Shown here: one piece after another, positions 17,848-26,521 of the stretch
How positions within the stretch are numbered: position 1 is the first letter of the stretch
Layout of the letters: each line of letters starts with the position of its first letter
Assembly (NCBI GenBank): GCA_024697575.1
Contig: JAILFM010000128.1
Span: forward strand, 7,973 to 71,972
Reading direction: 5' to 3'
DNA: 64,000 bases
From: Clostridiales bacterium
GTDB taxonomy: Bacteria; Bacillota; Clostridia; Oscillospirales; Acutalibacteraceae
Position numbers and translations under genes: made by a program
Notes under the pieces: model-generated
Database searches by the model: none
The model's input: the letters and a program-made list of their open reading frames with translations, nothing else
Told to the model about the DNA's origin: nothing

Positions 17848-20800
17848 TTATTTTTTGAATTTCTTTATGAACGAGTCAAGCGGAGATTTGGCGGATGTAT
17901 CGTCTGCATTCGCGGTTTTCGCTTCGGCTTTTTTGATTGAAGGCGTCATATAAACGAACATAACCGAGCACTGCGTTGCTTCGGCGGCTTTAGTGAAAAT
18001 ACTGTAGCTCATGCCGTATTCAATCCACTTTTCAAGCCTTTGAGAGAGCATCTCAGGGCTGTTCCCCGAGGTAGATATTTTTTCAATAATTTTGTCTATA
18101 TTCATCTCTCCCAAAGTCTGCGCAAGCCCTGTCAAAGATTTTATTCCCTCCTCTGACATCAGTGCTTTAACGGCATCAACAAGCTCGCTGTTTTTGTTGA
18201 GAGATTTTTGGAGATCGGAAAGTGCCGAAAGTGTTTCAGGCAGATTTTCAACGGCGGCAATAACTTCAGGATCGCTTAAATCTTCAAGAAGTGACGACAG
18301 CGCCGGCATTGAATCGCCCATTCCCGCAAGCTTTGACAAAAGCCCGGCGACATTTGAATCGGTAAGGGCTTTGAGAGCTTTGATATTATCTTCATCCGTG
18401 AGAAGATTGATAAGCTCGTTAAGCTGCTCGGCATACTCAGGCTCACCGTACTTTGTAAGCAAATCAATTAGCTTGCGGTTGGATGAATAAAGGCTGAGCG
18501 CTTTTGAAATTGAGTTTACAAGTTCACCGACACCTTCGCCGCCCTTCTGAAGAGCACTAATTAGCTGCGCGGGATCGGTAAGTGAAACGGCATTTTCTAT
18601 ATCGCCCACAGCGGCGATAAGATTCTTCATCTGTTCCGATGTGTCGCCGGAACCGAGACCGATATTAAGGGCGCTGAGAGGTATCACCGCAAAATACATA
18701 TTGCCGAGTTCAAAATCGGAGGCGTTCGCAGTAACGCTTGCGCTTGAACCGAGGCTCATTCCGCTCAAGTCAGACAACCCCGCTTCGTCAAGTCCGAGAC
18801 TTTCGCTCATACCGGGCATACCGAAAAAGGCAACAATCTCTTTTGTCCCGTCGCCCAGCGATTTGCCGTTTTCAACCGTAACGGCAGTGAATTCACTCTC
18901 CGGCATAATGCACCCGCCGACCGCCACAACAGGCAGATAGATTTTTTGCTTTTTGCCGCCCAAATCAACGGTTTTATGCATGTTGTTTGTCATTTTTACC
19001 TGAATTTTAACTTTACCGCTCTTGCCCTTGATTTTTTCCGGTGAAATCTTTTTGCCGTCAAGATAATAGCTTATATCAAATGTTACAGGAAGCTTTTTAT
19101 CCGTAGTACCGCTGTAATAAAGGTCTGTAGTTGCCATGTTCCAAGCAACATTTTCGCCGTCTATAACCGGCTCGGTATCGTCCTTGATGCTTTCAATGTT
19201 TTTAAGGTCGCTTATGTCCTTTGCGCACACTTCGCCTTTGTCCGTGTGAAGCCAATCGGTAACATTGACCGCCTGCTCCCTGCCGTCACTGTCAATGTTA
19301 ACATAGACTGTTTCATTCTTTGTCAGAAAACCGGGCTCCGAGCTGTATGACAACTGCACGGGTTCGGCTGTTGTTTTATCATCGCCGACGGATTTTTCGC
19401 TTTTTGAGCCGCATGCGCAAAGGCTTAAAAGCATTGCAACAGTAATGACCGACGCCGCTGTGCGTTTTAATATGTTGTTTACACTCACTTTTCTTTTCTC
19501 CTTTTCTTTCTTCGGCGGTTTTTCGCTTTTCCAATACATAGTCGTTTTTCCTATAAGCGGTTCAAATGTCAGAAGAACCGGGGTCAGCAAAAGAATTATC
19601 ACAGCCGCACTGACAACCGCGCCCCTGGCAAGCATTGCGCAAAGGGATGAAACAATTTCTATATTGCACACGGCGTAAACTCCGAAAGTAGCGCTGAAGA
19701 AAACAAGCGCGCTCTGGAATATCGACACATCCGCCGCGTCGGCGGCATCTTTAATTGCCCTGCGCCTGTCCTTTCCCCTGCGCAGTTCTTCGCGAAATCT
19801 TGTTGTCAAAAGGATAGCGTAATCAACCGTTGCGCCAAGCTGAACGCAGGAAATAACCGTCGGGGCAATAAACGAAACATTTGCGCCTGTGATAAGAGGA
19901 AACGCTTCGTTGATAAAAATCGCAAGCTCGATAGCCGCAACAAGCAGTACCGGAATAAGAAGGGACTTGAAGCTGATTGCCATAAGAGTAAATATCGCCG
20001 CAATAGAAATAATATTGGTGATTTTAAAATCCCTGGCTGTGACTTCGATAAGGTCCTTGCTCATCGCTCCCTCGCCCGTCAGGTAGCCGTTCGGGTCGTA
20101 TTTTTTAATTATTGAGAGCATTTCTTCAATCTGGGCGTTTTCTTCATCCGATGACGCTTCAAAGCTTGTATTTATCATCATCATCTGATATCCGTCTTTA
20201 ACGGCGATTTCTTTAATCTTATCCGGCAGAACCTGTGAGGCTATTGCCGAACCGATATAAGAGTTAAGAGACACTATACCGGTTATTCCGTCAACATGGG
20301 ATATTTCTTCAATCATCTGCGACACCTTACCGCCGGGAGTATCGCTGTCAATAATAATAAAATGAGTGGTGGCCATGTTGAAGTCTTTTTTAAGCTTGTC
20401 AAGCGACTTTACAGACTGCAGCTGCTCCGGCAATGCGTTTGCAATACAGTAATCAAGCGGCACAACGCTTTTAAGGACAAACATGGGTACAATCAACGCA
20501 AGAAAAACCGCCGTAAACAGTCTGTTATGTTTAACGATAAAGTTATTTATTCCGGAAAAGGACGGCAAAATCCTCTTATGGCGGAATCTGCTTATCGGTT
20601 TGTCAAAAACAAGCAGGAAGGCGGGCAAAACAACAATGACCGTCGCAACGCCGAAAAGAACACCCTTCGCCATAACAATGCCTATATCAAAACCGAGAGT
20701 AAAGCTCATAAAACACAGCGCCAGAAAGCCGAAAATTGTTGTCAGTGAACTGCCGGTAAGGGAGAGGAAAGTTGAAACAACGGCGTTTGACATTGCGCTG

Positions 20801-21594
20801 CGGTTATCGGCGTTCTTTTGCTTTTCTTCATTAAACCTGTCCATCAGAAAGACGGAATAATCCATGGTAACGCCAAGCTGAAGTATTGCGGCAATGCTCT
20901 GCGTTATGTAGGAAATACCGCCGGGCATAAAAAAGTTGGTCCCCATATTATATATAACGGCATAACCCAGAGCAACAAGAAGAACAAACGGCAAAACAAA
21001 TGAATCCATTGTAAATGACAGGGCGATAAGGGCAAGCGCCACGGCAATTGCAATATACACCGGTGCCTCTTTGTCGGCAAGGTCCTTTGTTTCAGCCATA
21101 ATGGCACTCATTCCGCTGAGAAAACACTGTTTGTTGAGCAGCGATTTGATAGTTTTAATTGCCTTCATTGTTCCGGTTGACGCCGATGAACCACTGAACT
21201 GAATCATAACAAGCGTTGATCTGCCGTCGGGTGTATAAAAAACATCTTTCAAGGCGTCGGGCAGCGCCTGCTGAGGCACTGTGATATCGATGATATCATC
21301 GGCCCAGATAACATTGCTCACACCCTCAACCGCCGCTATTTTTTCTTTTAATTCTGACACATCTTTGCTTTTCATATTCTCTATAACAAGAAAAGCGTTG
21401 GCGGCGCACTCAAATTTTTCGTCAAGAATTTCTTCGCCCTGAACAGATTCAATACTTTGCGGAAGATATGACATAATATCATAATTGACAAAAGTGCTTA
21501 TATATCCAAAAGCGGCCGGAATAAGAAGAAGCGTTGCCGCAAGCAAAACCGTTTTCGGAAATTTGATGATAAATGAAGCAATTTTATGAACCAT
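17848..21594 (-). CDS. MMPL/RND-family transporter fused to a YhgE/Pip-like extracellular domain
   Basis: Two MMPL repeats (LGVTMDYSVFL..RFNEE and LGATVDYAILL..RFREE) in aa 1-~690, then TKNETVYV..VTDWL, LPVTFDISYYLDG and a helical region. Confidence 0.85.
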   Translation of the reverse strand: MVHKIASFIIKFPKTVLLAATLLLIPAAFGYISTFVNYDIMSYLPQSIESVQGEEILDEKFECAANAFLVIENMKSKDVSELKEKIAAVEGVSNVIWADDIIDITVPQQALPDALKDVFYTPDGRSTLVMIQFSGSSASTGTMKAIKTIKSLLNKQCFLSGMSAIMAETKDLADKEAPVYIAIAVALALIALSFTMDSFVLPFVLLVALGYAVIYNMGTNFFMPGGISYITQSIAAILQLGVTMDYSVFLMDRFNEEKQKNADNRSAMSNAVVSTFLSLTGSSLTTIFGFLALCFMSFTLGFDIGIVMAKGVLFGVATVIVVLPAFLLVFDKPISRFRHKRILPSFSGINNFIVKHNRLFTAVFLALIVPMFVLKSVVPLDYCIANALPEQLQSVKSLDKLKKDFNMATTHFIIIDSDTPGGKVSQMIEEISHVDGITGIVSLNSYIGSAIASQVLPDKIKEIAVKDGYQMMMINTSFEASSDEENAQIEEMLSIIKKYDPNGYLTGEGAMSKDLIEVTARDFKITNIISIAAIFTLMAISFKSLLIPVLLVAAIELAIFINEAFPLITGANVSFIAPTVISCVQLGATVDYAILLTTRFREELRRGKDRRRAIKDAADAADVSIFQSALVFFSATFGVYAVCNIEIVSSLCAMLARGAVVSAAVIILLLTPVLLTFEPLIGKTTMYWKSEKPPKKEKEKRKVSVNNILKRTAASVITVAMLLSLCACGSKSEKSVGDDKTTAEPVQLSYSSEPGFLTKNETVYVNIDSDGREQAVNVTDWLHTDKGEVCAKDISDLKNIESIKDDTEPVIDGENVAWNMATTDLYYSGTTDKKLPVTFDISYYLDGKKISPEKIKGKSGKVKIQVKMTNNMHKTVDLGGKKQKIYLPVVAVGGCIMPESEFTAVTVENGKSLGDGTKEIVAFFGMPGMSESLGLDEAGLSDLSGMSLGSSASVTANASDFELGNMYFAVIPLSALNIGLGSGDTSEQMKNLIAAVGDIENAVSLTDPAQLISALQKGGEGVGELVNSISKALSLYSSNRKLIDLLTKYGEPEYAEQLNELINLLTDEDNIKALKALTDSNVAGLLSKLAGMGDSMPALSSLLEDLSDPEVIAAVENLPETLSALSDLQKSLNKNSELVDAVKALMSEEGIKSLTGLAQTLGEMNIDKIIEKISTSGNSPEMLSQRLEKWIEYGMSYSIFTKAAEATQCSVMFVYMTPSIKKAEAKTANADDTSAKSPLDSFIKKFKK

Positions 21595-21601
21595 ATTTAT
21601 C

Positions 21602-22189
21602 CTATGCCTCCAATATCCTGAAAACTGAATTTTTCAGGTATTCTTTTACTTCGTCCATGCTAAACGGTATATTTCCCATAACTGCGTCGCACATAACAGA
21701 ACCGACAAGGTCGGTGATTAAATAAATTGTCATCTGCGCATCCCGCTCGCTGTAACCGTTCACCACAAACTGACTGACAAGCGTGTGACCGATTGACGAA
21801 TACTCTTCACTTTCACCCGAAAAAAAGGCTCTCACGCAAAGCGACAGTTTTTTGTCAAGTAAAGTAGTGAAGTTTTTATTTTTCTCCAAAAAATCACAGA
21901 CATAGCTGACCATGCAAAGAATCATATCGTTTAATGCTTTGCTTTTTACGCTGTTTTTAACAAACTTTATGGCATTTACAAGCAGTTCCGCGCTTTTATA
22001 GATTACAATCTGATCAAGCAAATCATATTTATCCTTGAAATACAGATAAAATGTACCCTTGGCAACGCCCGCCATCTTGACAATATCATCAACAGCCGTT
22101 GAAGTCACCGAGCTGATTGAAAAAAGATTAAAAGCGGAGTCAAGAATTCTTTTCCTTTTTATCTTCTTATTTTCTGCGGCAGAAGGCAT
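21602..22189 (-). CDS. TetR/AcrR-family transcriptional regulator
   Basis: HTH RILDSAFNLF..TAVDDIVKMAGVAKGTFYLYFKDKYDL. Start set at MPSAAE. Confidence 0.9.
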   Translation of the reverse strand: MPSAAENKKIKRKRILDSAFNLFSISSVTSTAVDDIVKMAGVAKGTFYLYFKDKYDLLDQIVIYKSAELLVNAIKFVKNSVKSKALNDMILCMVSYVCDFLEKNKNFTTLLDKKLSLCVRAFFSGESEEYSSIGHTLVSQFVVNGYSERDAQMTIYLITDLVGSVMCDAVMGNIPFSMDEVKEYLKNSVFRILEA

Positions 22190-22217
22190 TATATCATCCC
22201 CCGGTAGGTAAAATAAA

Positions 22218-22269
22218 TGACTGTCAGTCACTTTTTCTGAATCTTACTCCAAAAATGACTGACAGTCAA
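22218..22269 (-). promoter_or_regulatory. tetR-MMPL promoter with two palindromic operators
   Basis: Minus strand TTGACT-17 nt-TAAGAT. TGACTGWCAGTCA occurs at 22256-22268 (over the -35) and at 22218-22230 (just after the predicted +1). Confidence 0.85.
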
Positions 22270-22351
22270 TATTTTTTGTTGCAGTTTAACAGTTTATTAA
22301 CAATCCGTTTACTTTATAATTCACATAAAGCCGATGATTTTGCATATATGT

Positions 22352-22960
22352 TCATTTCAGCACGCCGTTTTGAACATATGCGTCCACAACACCCTTGACA
22401 ATGTGCCAAAGACCGGGACTGATTTGCCTGATTATATCCATTCTGTCAAGCACCTGCTGCAGTTTGACATTCCCCTCGCGCCAGGTTAAGCCGTCTGTAA
22501 GGTAATTATGCAAAAGCGGTTGCAAACGGTCACAGGCGTTGGCAAACTTAGATTCTGTTGTTGCCTTTTCTTCAAATTCCTCCCACAAAGAGCGCAGCAT
22601 CAGACTCTGATCCGGGTCAAGAAGCGAAAAAAGCCTGTCGGCAGAAGCCGCTTCGCGTTCCTTTTTGTCTTTATACCCGTCGGTATCATAAGCGAAAGTG
22701 TCGCCCGCGTATATCTCAATCAGGTCATGACAGACAACCATTTTAACGGTATGCTCAACATCAATCTTCTCACTGCAGTGTTCATTGAGTAACATTACAT
22801 AAAGAGCAAGATGCCACGAATGCTCCGCGTCATTTTCACGCCTTGATGCATCAACAAGCGCATTACGGCGGAAAACATTTTTCATTTTGTCAATCTCGGT
22901 CAAAAACTCAAGCTGTTTTTTCAGCCTTTTGTTTTCTACAAACTCAAAATCCATAATCAC
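22352..22960 (-). CDS. HD-domain phosphohydrolase (putative nucleotidase)
   Basis: RENDAEHSWHLA, HDLIEIYAGD, EFEE and DRLQP motifs. Confidence 0.85.
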   Translation of the reverse strand: MIMDFEFVENKRLKKQLEFLTEIDKMKNVFRRNALVDASRRENDAEHSWHLALYVMLLNEHCSEKIDVEHTVKMVVCHDLIEIYAGDTFAYDTDGYKDKKEREAASADRLFSLLDPDQSLMLRSLWEEFEEKATTESKFANACDRLQPLLHNYLTDGLTWREGNVKLQQVLDRMDIIRQISPGLWHIVKGVVDAYVQNGVLK

Positions 22961-24219
22961 AGCTCAAGTGTTTTTTCAACAGCTGATTTTTTAACGCACA
23001 GAGTCAAAATTTCCGCTGCCGTCTTAAGTTCGTCAAGGTCAGGGAATGTGGGAGCAATACGAATGTTTTTATCTTCAGGGTCCTTTCCGTAAGGATATGT
23101 TGCGCCCGCACCCGTCAGGGTAACGCCCGCCTGCGAGCAAAGCTCAACGGTCCTTTTGGCAGTGCCGGGCATAACGTCAAGAGAGATAAAATAACCGCCC
23201 TTTGGCTTTGTCCAGGAAGCGATACCCAAAGAAGTAAGCTCCCTGTCAAGAATTTCAAGCACAAGATCAAACTTCGGCTTGATAACAGCCGCGTGTTTTT
23301 TCATATGCTCTTTGATGCCGTCGTAATTCTTAAAAAATGCGGCATGCCTTAACATGTTTATTTTGTCATGACCTATAGTCTGAACAGTCATTCTTTTTTT
23401 AACAGAAGCGATGTTTGCTTTTGATGCCGCCATAACAGATACGCCCGCGCCGGGGAAGGTAATCTTTGAAGTCGAAGTAACTTCAATGAACATATCTTCG
23501 CTTGAATACTCTTTCGCAACCTCAAAAACATTAAGAAGAGTGTCTCCGTTTTCTTCTAAATGATGAACACAATAAGCGTTGTCCCAAATTACCCTGAAAT
23601 CCTTTGCGGCAGGCTTAAGCGCAGCAAAGGCACGCACAACATCATCGCTGAAAGTTACTCCGCCGGGGTTTGAATACATCGGAACACAGATAACACCCTT
23701 AACTTTCTCATCCCTGACATATTCTTCGATAAGAGCCATATCCGGACCGTCTTCACCCATCGGGATATTTATCATTTCAATGCCGAAGTGCTGAAGAATT
23801 GCAAAATGCCTGTCATAACCCGGCACGGGGCAGAGAAATTTAATGCCGCCCTGTTTTGCCCACGGCTCACCGCCGGCGCCGAAAAGCATGCACTGCGCGA
23901 TATAATCGTACATTATGTTAAGACTGGCGTTACCGAACACAATAAGGTTTTCACAGGGCACGCCGAGCATCTGAGAAAAAATCGTCTTAATTTCCGGAAT
24001 CCCGTCAAGAACGCCGTAATTTCTCACATCAAAGCCGCATTCACTCCTGAACGAGCCGAGAAGAGAAGGATCAAGTATTCCGTTTGATAATTCAAGCTGT
24101 GCTTTACCGGGCTTTCCGCGCGCCATATTCAAAGAAAGATTCTGCGCCCTGTATTCGTCAAGTTCCTTATCAACATCACTCAGAAGAGTATTAAGTTCCT
24201 CTTTTTTGAAGTTTTGCAT
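22957..24219 (-). CDS. PLP-dependent aminotransferase, class I/II fold
   Basis: LNMARGKP, PVPGYDRHF, VPMYSNPGG, WDNAY, STSKITF (PLP Lys) and IRIAPTFP. Confidence 0.88.
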   Translation of the reverse strand: MQNFKKEELNTLLSDVDKELDEYRAQNLSLNMARGKPGKAQLELSNGILDPSLLGSFRSECGFDVRNYGVLDGIPEIKTIFSQMLGVPCENLIVFGNASLNIMYDYIAQCMLFGAGGEPWAKQGGIKFLCPVPGYDRHFAILQHFGIEMINIPMGEDGPDMALIEEYVRDEKVKGVICVPMYSNPGGVTFSDDVVRAFAALKPAAKDFRVIWDNAYCVHHLEENGDTLLNVFEVAKEYSSEDMFIEVTSTSKITFPGAGVSVMAASKANIASVKKRMTVQTIGHDKINMLRHAAFFKNYDGIKEHMKKHAAVIKPKFDLVLEILDRELTSLGIASWTKPKGGYFISLDVMPGTAKRTVELCSQAGVTLTGAGATYPYGKDPEDKNIRIAPTFPDLDELKTAAEILTLCVKKSAVEKTLEL

Positions 24220-24378
24220 AAAAACACCTCTTATATTTCAGTAAATTGTTACATAATAAAATTCTGTAGCATTCTACTCCTTTAACATATTTCAGTCAAG
24301 AAAAAAATCGTTTTACCCCTTTATTTTGACGCAAAATGGTGTATAATGAATGGTGTAAAACGGAAAAGAGGATACATC

Positions 24379-25245
24379 TTGAAAAAAGCGCTCATTGTTT
24401 TTGTTCTTATTATTCTTGTCGCCGGCGCAATACTGATTTTATCGGTAAACAACAGACCCGACACAGTTAATGTTTCCGCAACAACCGCTTCGGAAACATC
24501 CGGCACATCTGCACAAACGGTAGTTAAAACGGCAGCTGTAACATCAGGCGGAAGCCGGGTCGAACATCAGACCGGCAGCCCCGAAAACGAAGTATATACA
24601 GACGAACAGCTTTCAAAAATGATAGCTTTCACATTTGACGACGGTCCGATTGCCAAGTTCACCAACAGAGTACTTGACGCTATGGAGCCTTACGGTTACA
24701 CAGCGACATTCTTTGTAATAGGGCGTAACATCGATGAAGAAGGCTCAAAAGCCATGAGACGCGCTGTCAAAATGGGGTGTGAAATAGGCAATCACACCGA
24801 AAACCACAACCTGAAATTCGATTCTCTTGAAATACAGACCCGTACGGCGGAGATTGAAGAAAGCAGCGCAAAAATCGAAAAAGCCGCCGGAGTTAAGCCC
24901 CTGCTTTTAAGACCGCCCGGAGGGGTTTGCAAAAACATAAGGGGCAATATAGACAGCCCGATTATTCTGTGGTCTGTTGACACAAACGACTGGCGCAAAA
25001 AAGCGAACGCCGGCAACGAACAGGCAGCGCAGGAACTCGCTCAGTACATCATGGATGAGGTTAAAGGCAAACCGGGGTCAATCGTTCTGATGCACGATGT
25101 TTATCAATTCAGCGCCGAAACGGTTGAAAAGGTTATGCCGATGCTTCACGAAGAAGGGTACATTGTAAAATCCGTTTCTTCCCTTGCGAAAGCGTACGGA
25201 ACAGCGCTTGAAAACGGCACAGTTTACAGAACAATTAAAAGATAA
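24379..25245 (+). CDS. Membrane-anchored polysaccharide/peptidoglycan deacetylase (NodB, CE4)
   Basis: TM helix, then TFDDGP, EIGNHTENH, LRPPGG, WSVDTNDW and IVLMHD. TTG start at 24379 follows AAGAGG. Confidence 0.88.
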   Translation: MKKALIVFVLIILVAGAILILSVNNRPDTVNVSATTASETSGTSAQTVVKTAAVTSGGSRVEHQTGSPENEVYTDEQLSKMIAFTFDDGPIAKFTNRVLDAMEPYGYTATFFVIGRNIDEEGSKAMRRAVKMGCEIGNHTENHNLKFDSLEIQTRTAEIEESSAKIEKAAGVKPLLLRPPGGVCKNIRGNIDSPIILWSVDTNDWRKKANAGNEQAAQELAQYIMDEVKGKPGSIVLMHDVYQFSAETVEKVMPMLHEEGYIVKSVSSLAKAYGTALENGTVYRTIKR

Positions 25246-25247
25246 GT

Positions 25248-25290
25248 TGTTTTTGGGGGTCACTCGTTAATCGAGTGACCCCCAAAAACA
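25248..25290. repeat. Perfect 19-bp inverted repeat
   Basis: TGTTTTTGGGGGTCACTCG-TTAAT-CGAGTGACCCCCAAAAACA. Confidence 0.9.
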
Positions 25291-25331
25291 CACAATTACG
25301 CTGTCATTGCGGTTTTTTCGCATAATTTTTA

Positions 25332-25495
25332 AGGGAAACGCTGATTAAATCGGGGTGTTTAGAACGGCGAGCAGGTTTTTCGACTGATGAAGTCGAAAAA
25401 TTGCAGAAATAATTTGTTTATTTCAAGATTTGAGACAAAATCAGGCGGAAAAGCTGCCGCCGTTATGAGTGCGGTGATTTAATCAGCGTTTCCCT
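25332..25495. mobile_element. MITE-like non-autonomous element, 164 bp, with 20-bp terminal inverted repeats
   Basis: AGGGAAACGCTGATTAAATC (25332-25351) and its exact reverse complement (25476-25495); internal hairpins; no transposase; related copy at 35343-35378. Confidence 0.7.
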
Positions 25496-26521
25496 AAGAC
25501 ATCCTTTTGCTTTTTCCAGCGCGGTACCCCAGAAGGGCAGAAGGCACACTGCTGTAATAAGAACCGCAATCAGAATTTCATAAAGCGGCAGTTTTGAAAC
25601 AAAATAAGCCGGCAGATTGTATTTTTCGCTCACAAATTTCAAAAGCAAAACCATCAGCGGATAATGAACGGCATAAACCTGAAGGCTTTTTGCTCCCCAC
25701 CTTGATAAATGCCCGAAAGGGGTTTTTGAAGGCGTGAGTGAAATGACGCAAAAAGTCATAACAGCCGATACGGCATAACATATCAGACGGAAGGTAAACG
25801 CATAGGGGCAGTTCGGTTTTATAACCGAATAAGAATTTCTGCCGGTAAAAATAAATTTGATATCCTTTATGCTGTCATAAAAGACAGCGGCAATAATAAT
25901 TCCGGCGGCTAATAAAATGGCGGAAATAATTCTCAGCTGCCACTTTCTTTTTTCAAAAAAAACCTCAACTTCCTTCGGATTTAAAATGTACCCCAAATAG
26001 TAAAACGGATAGTAGGCAATCACTCTCGAAAGGCACAGAAAATCCCCTATGCTGTTGTCATAGCCGGCAATGCACGCAAGAATAATCCAAAAGATAATAA
26101 GTGCGGAAGGTTTTGCATTTTTGGTCAGCATAGTTATAATGCTGAAAAAGAAAAGCGCAAGAATATACCACGCCGCTCCGCTTGTTGAAAAGAGTTTAAA
26201 AGCGGGCTTTGTTCCGTTTGCCGCCCAGCGTGAAATAAAAATCAAAGAGTGGATTATAAGATACAGCACAAGGTAGGATGCAAGATTATTCCACCTTTTT
26301 TCATCAATATTCTTTTTGCCGAAAAGCCCCGACACAAAGATGAATGCCGGCATATGAAAAGAATAAATGATAAATCTAAGACAGCCCGTTGCGTAAGACA
26401 CATCGGCAAACCTGTCCGCAACATGGCCCAGAACAACAAGAAAAATCAGGATGAATTTGAGATTATCCCATTTCTGAGAGCGATTCTGTATTGAAAAAGT
26501 GTTAGTTTTCATCTGTTCCAA
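25463..26521 (-). CDS. Acyltransferase-3 family membrane O-acetyltransferase
   Basis: WDNLKFILIFLVVLGH, IYSFHMPAFIFVSG, WYILALF and YAVHY motifs; about 10 hydrophobic segments. Confidence 0.87.
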   Translation of the reverse strand: MEQMKTNTFSIQNRSQKWDNLKFILIFLVVLGHVADRFADVSYATGCLRFIIYSFHMPAFIFVSGLFGKKNIDEKRWNNLASYLVLYLIIHSLIFISRWAANGTKPAFKLFSTSGAAWYILALFFFSIITMLTKNAKPSALIIFWIILACIAGYDNSIGDFLCLSRVIAYYPFYYLGYILNPKEVEVFFEKRKWQLRIISAILLAAGIIIAAVFYDSIKDIKFIFTGRNSYSVIKPNCPYAFTFRLICYAVSAVMTFCVISLTPSKTPFGHLSRWGAKSLQVYAVHYPLMVLLLKFVSEKYNLPAYFVSKLPLYEILIAVLITAVCLLPFWGTALEKAKGCLRETLIKSPHS

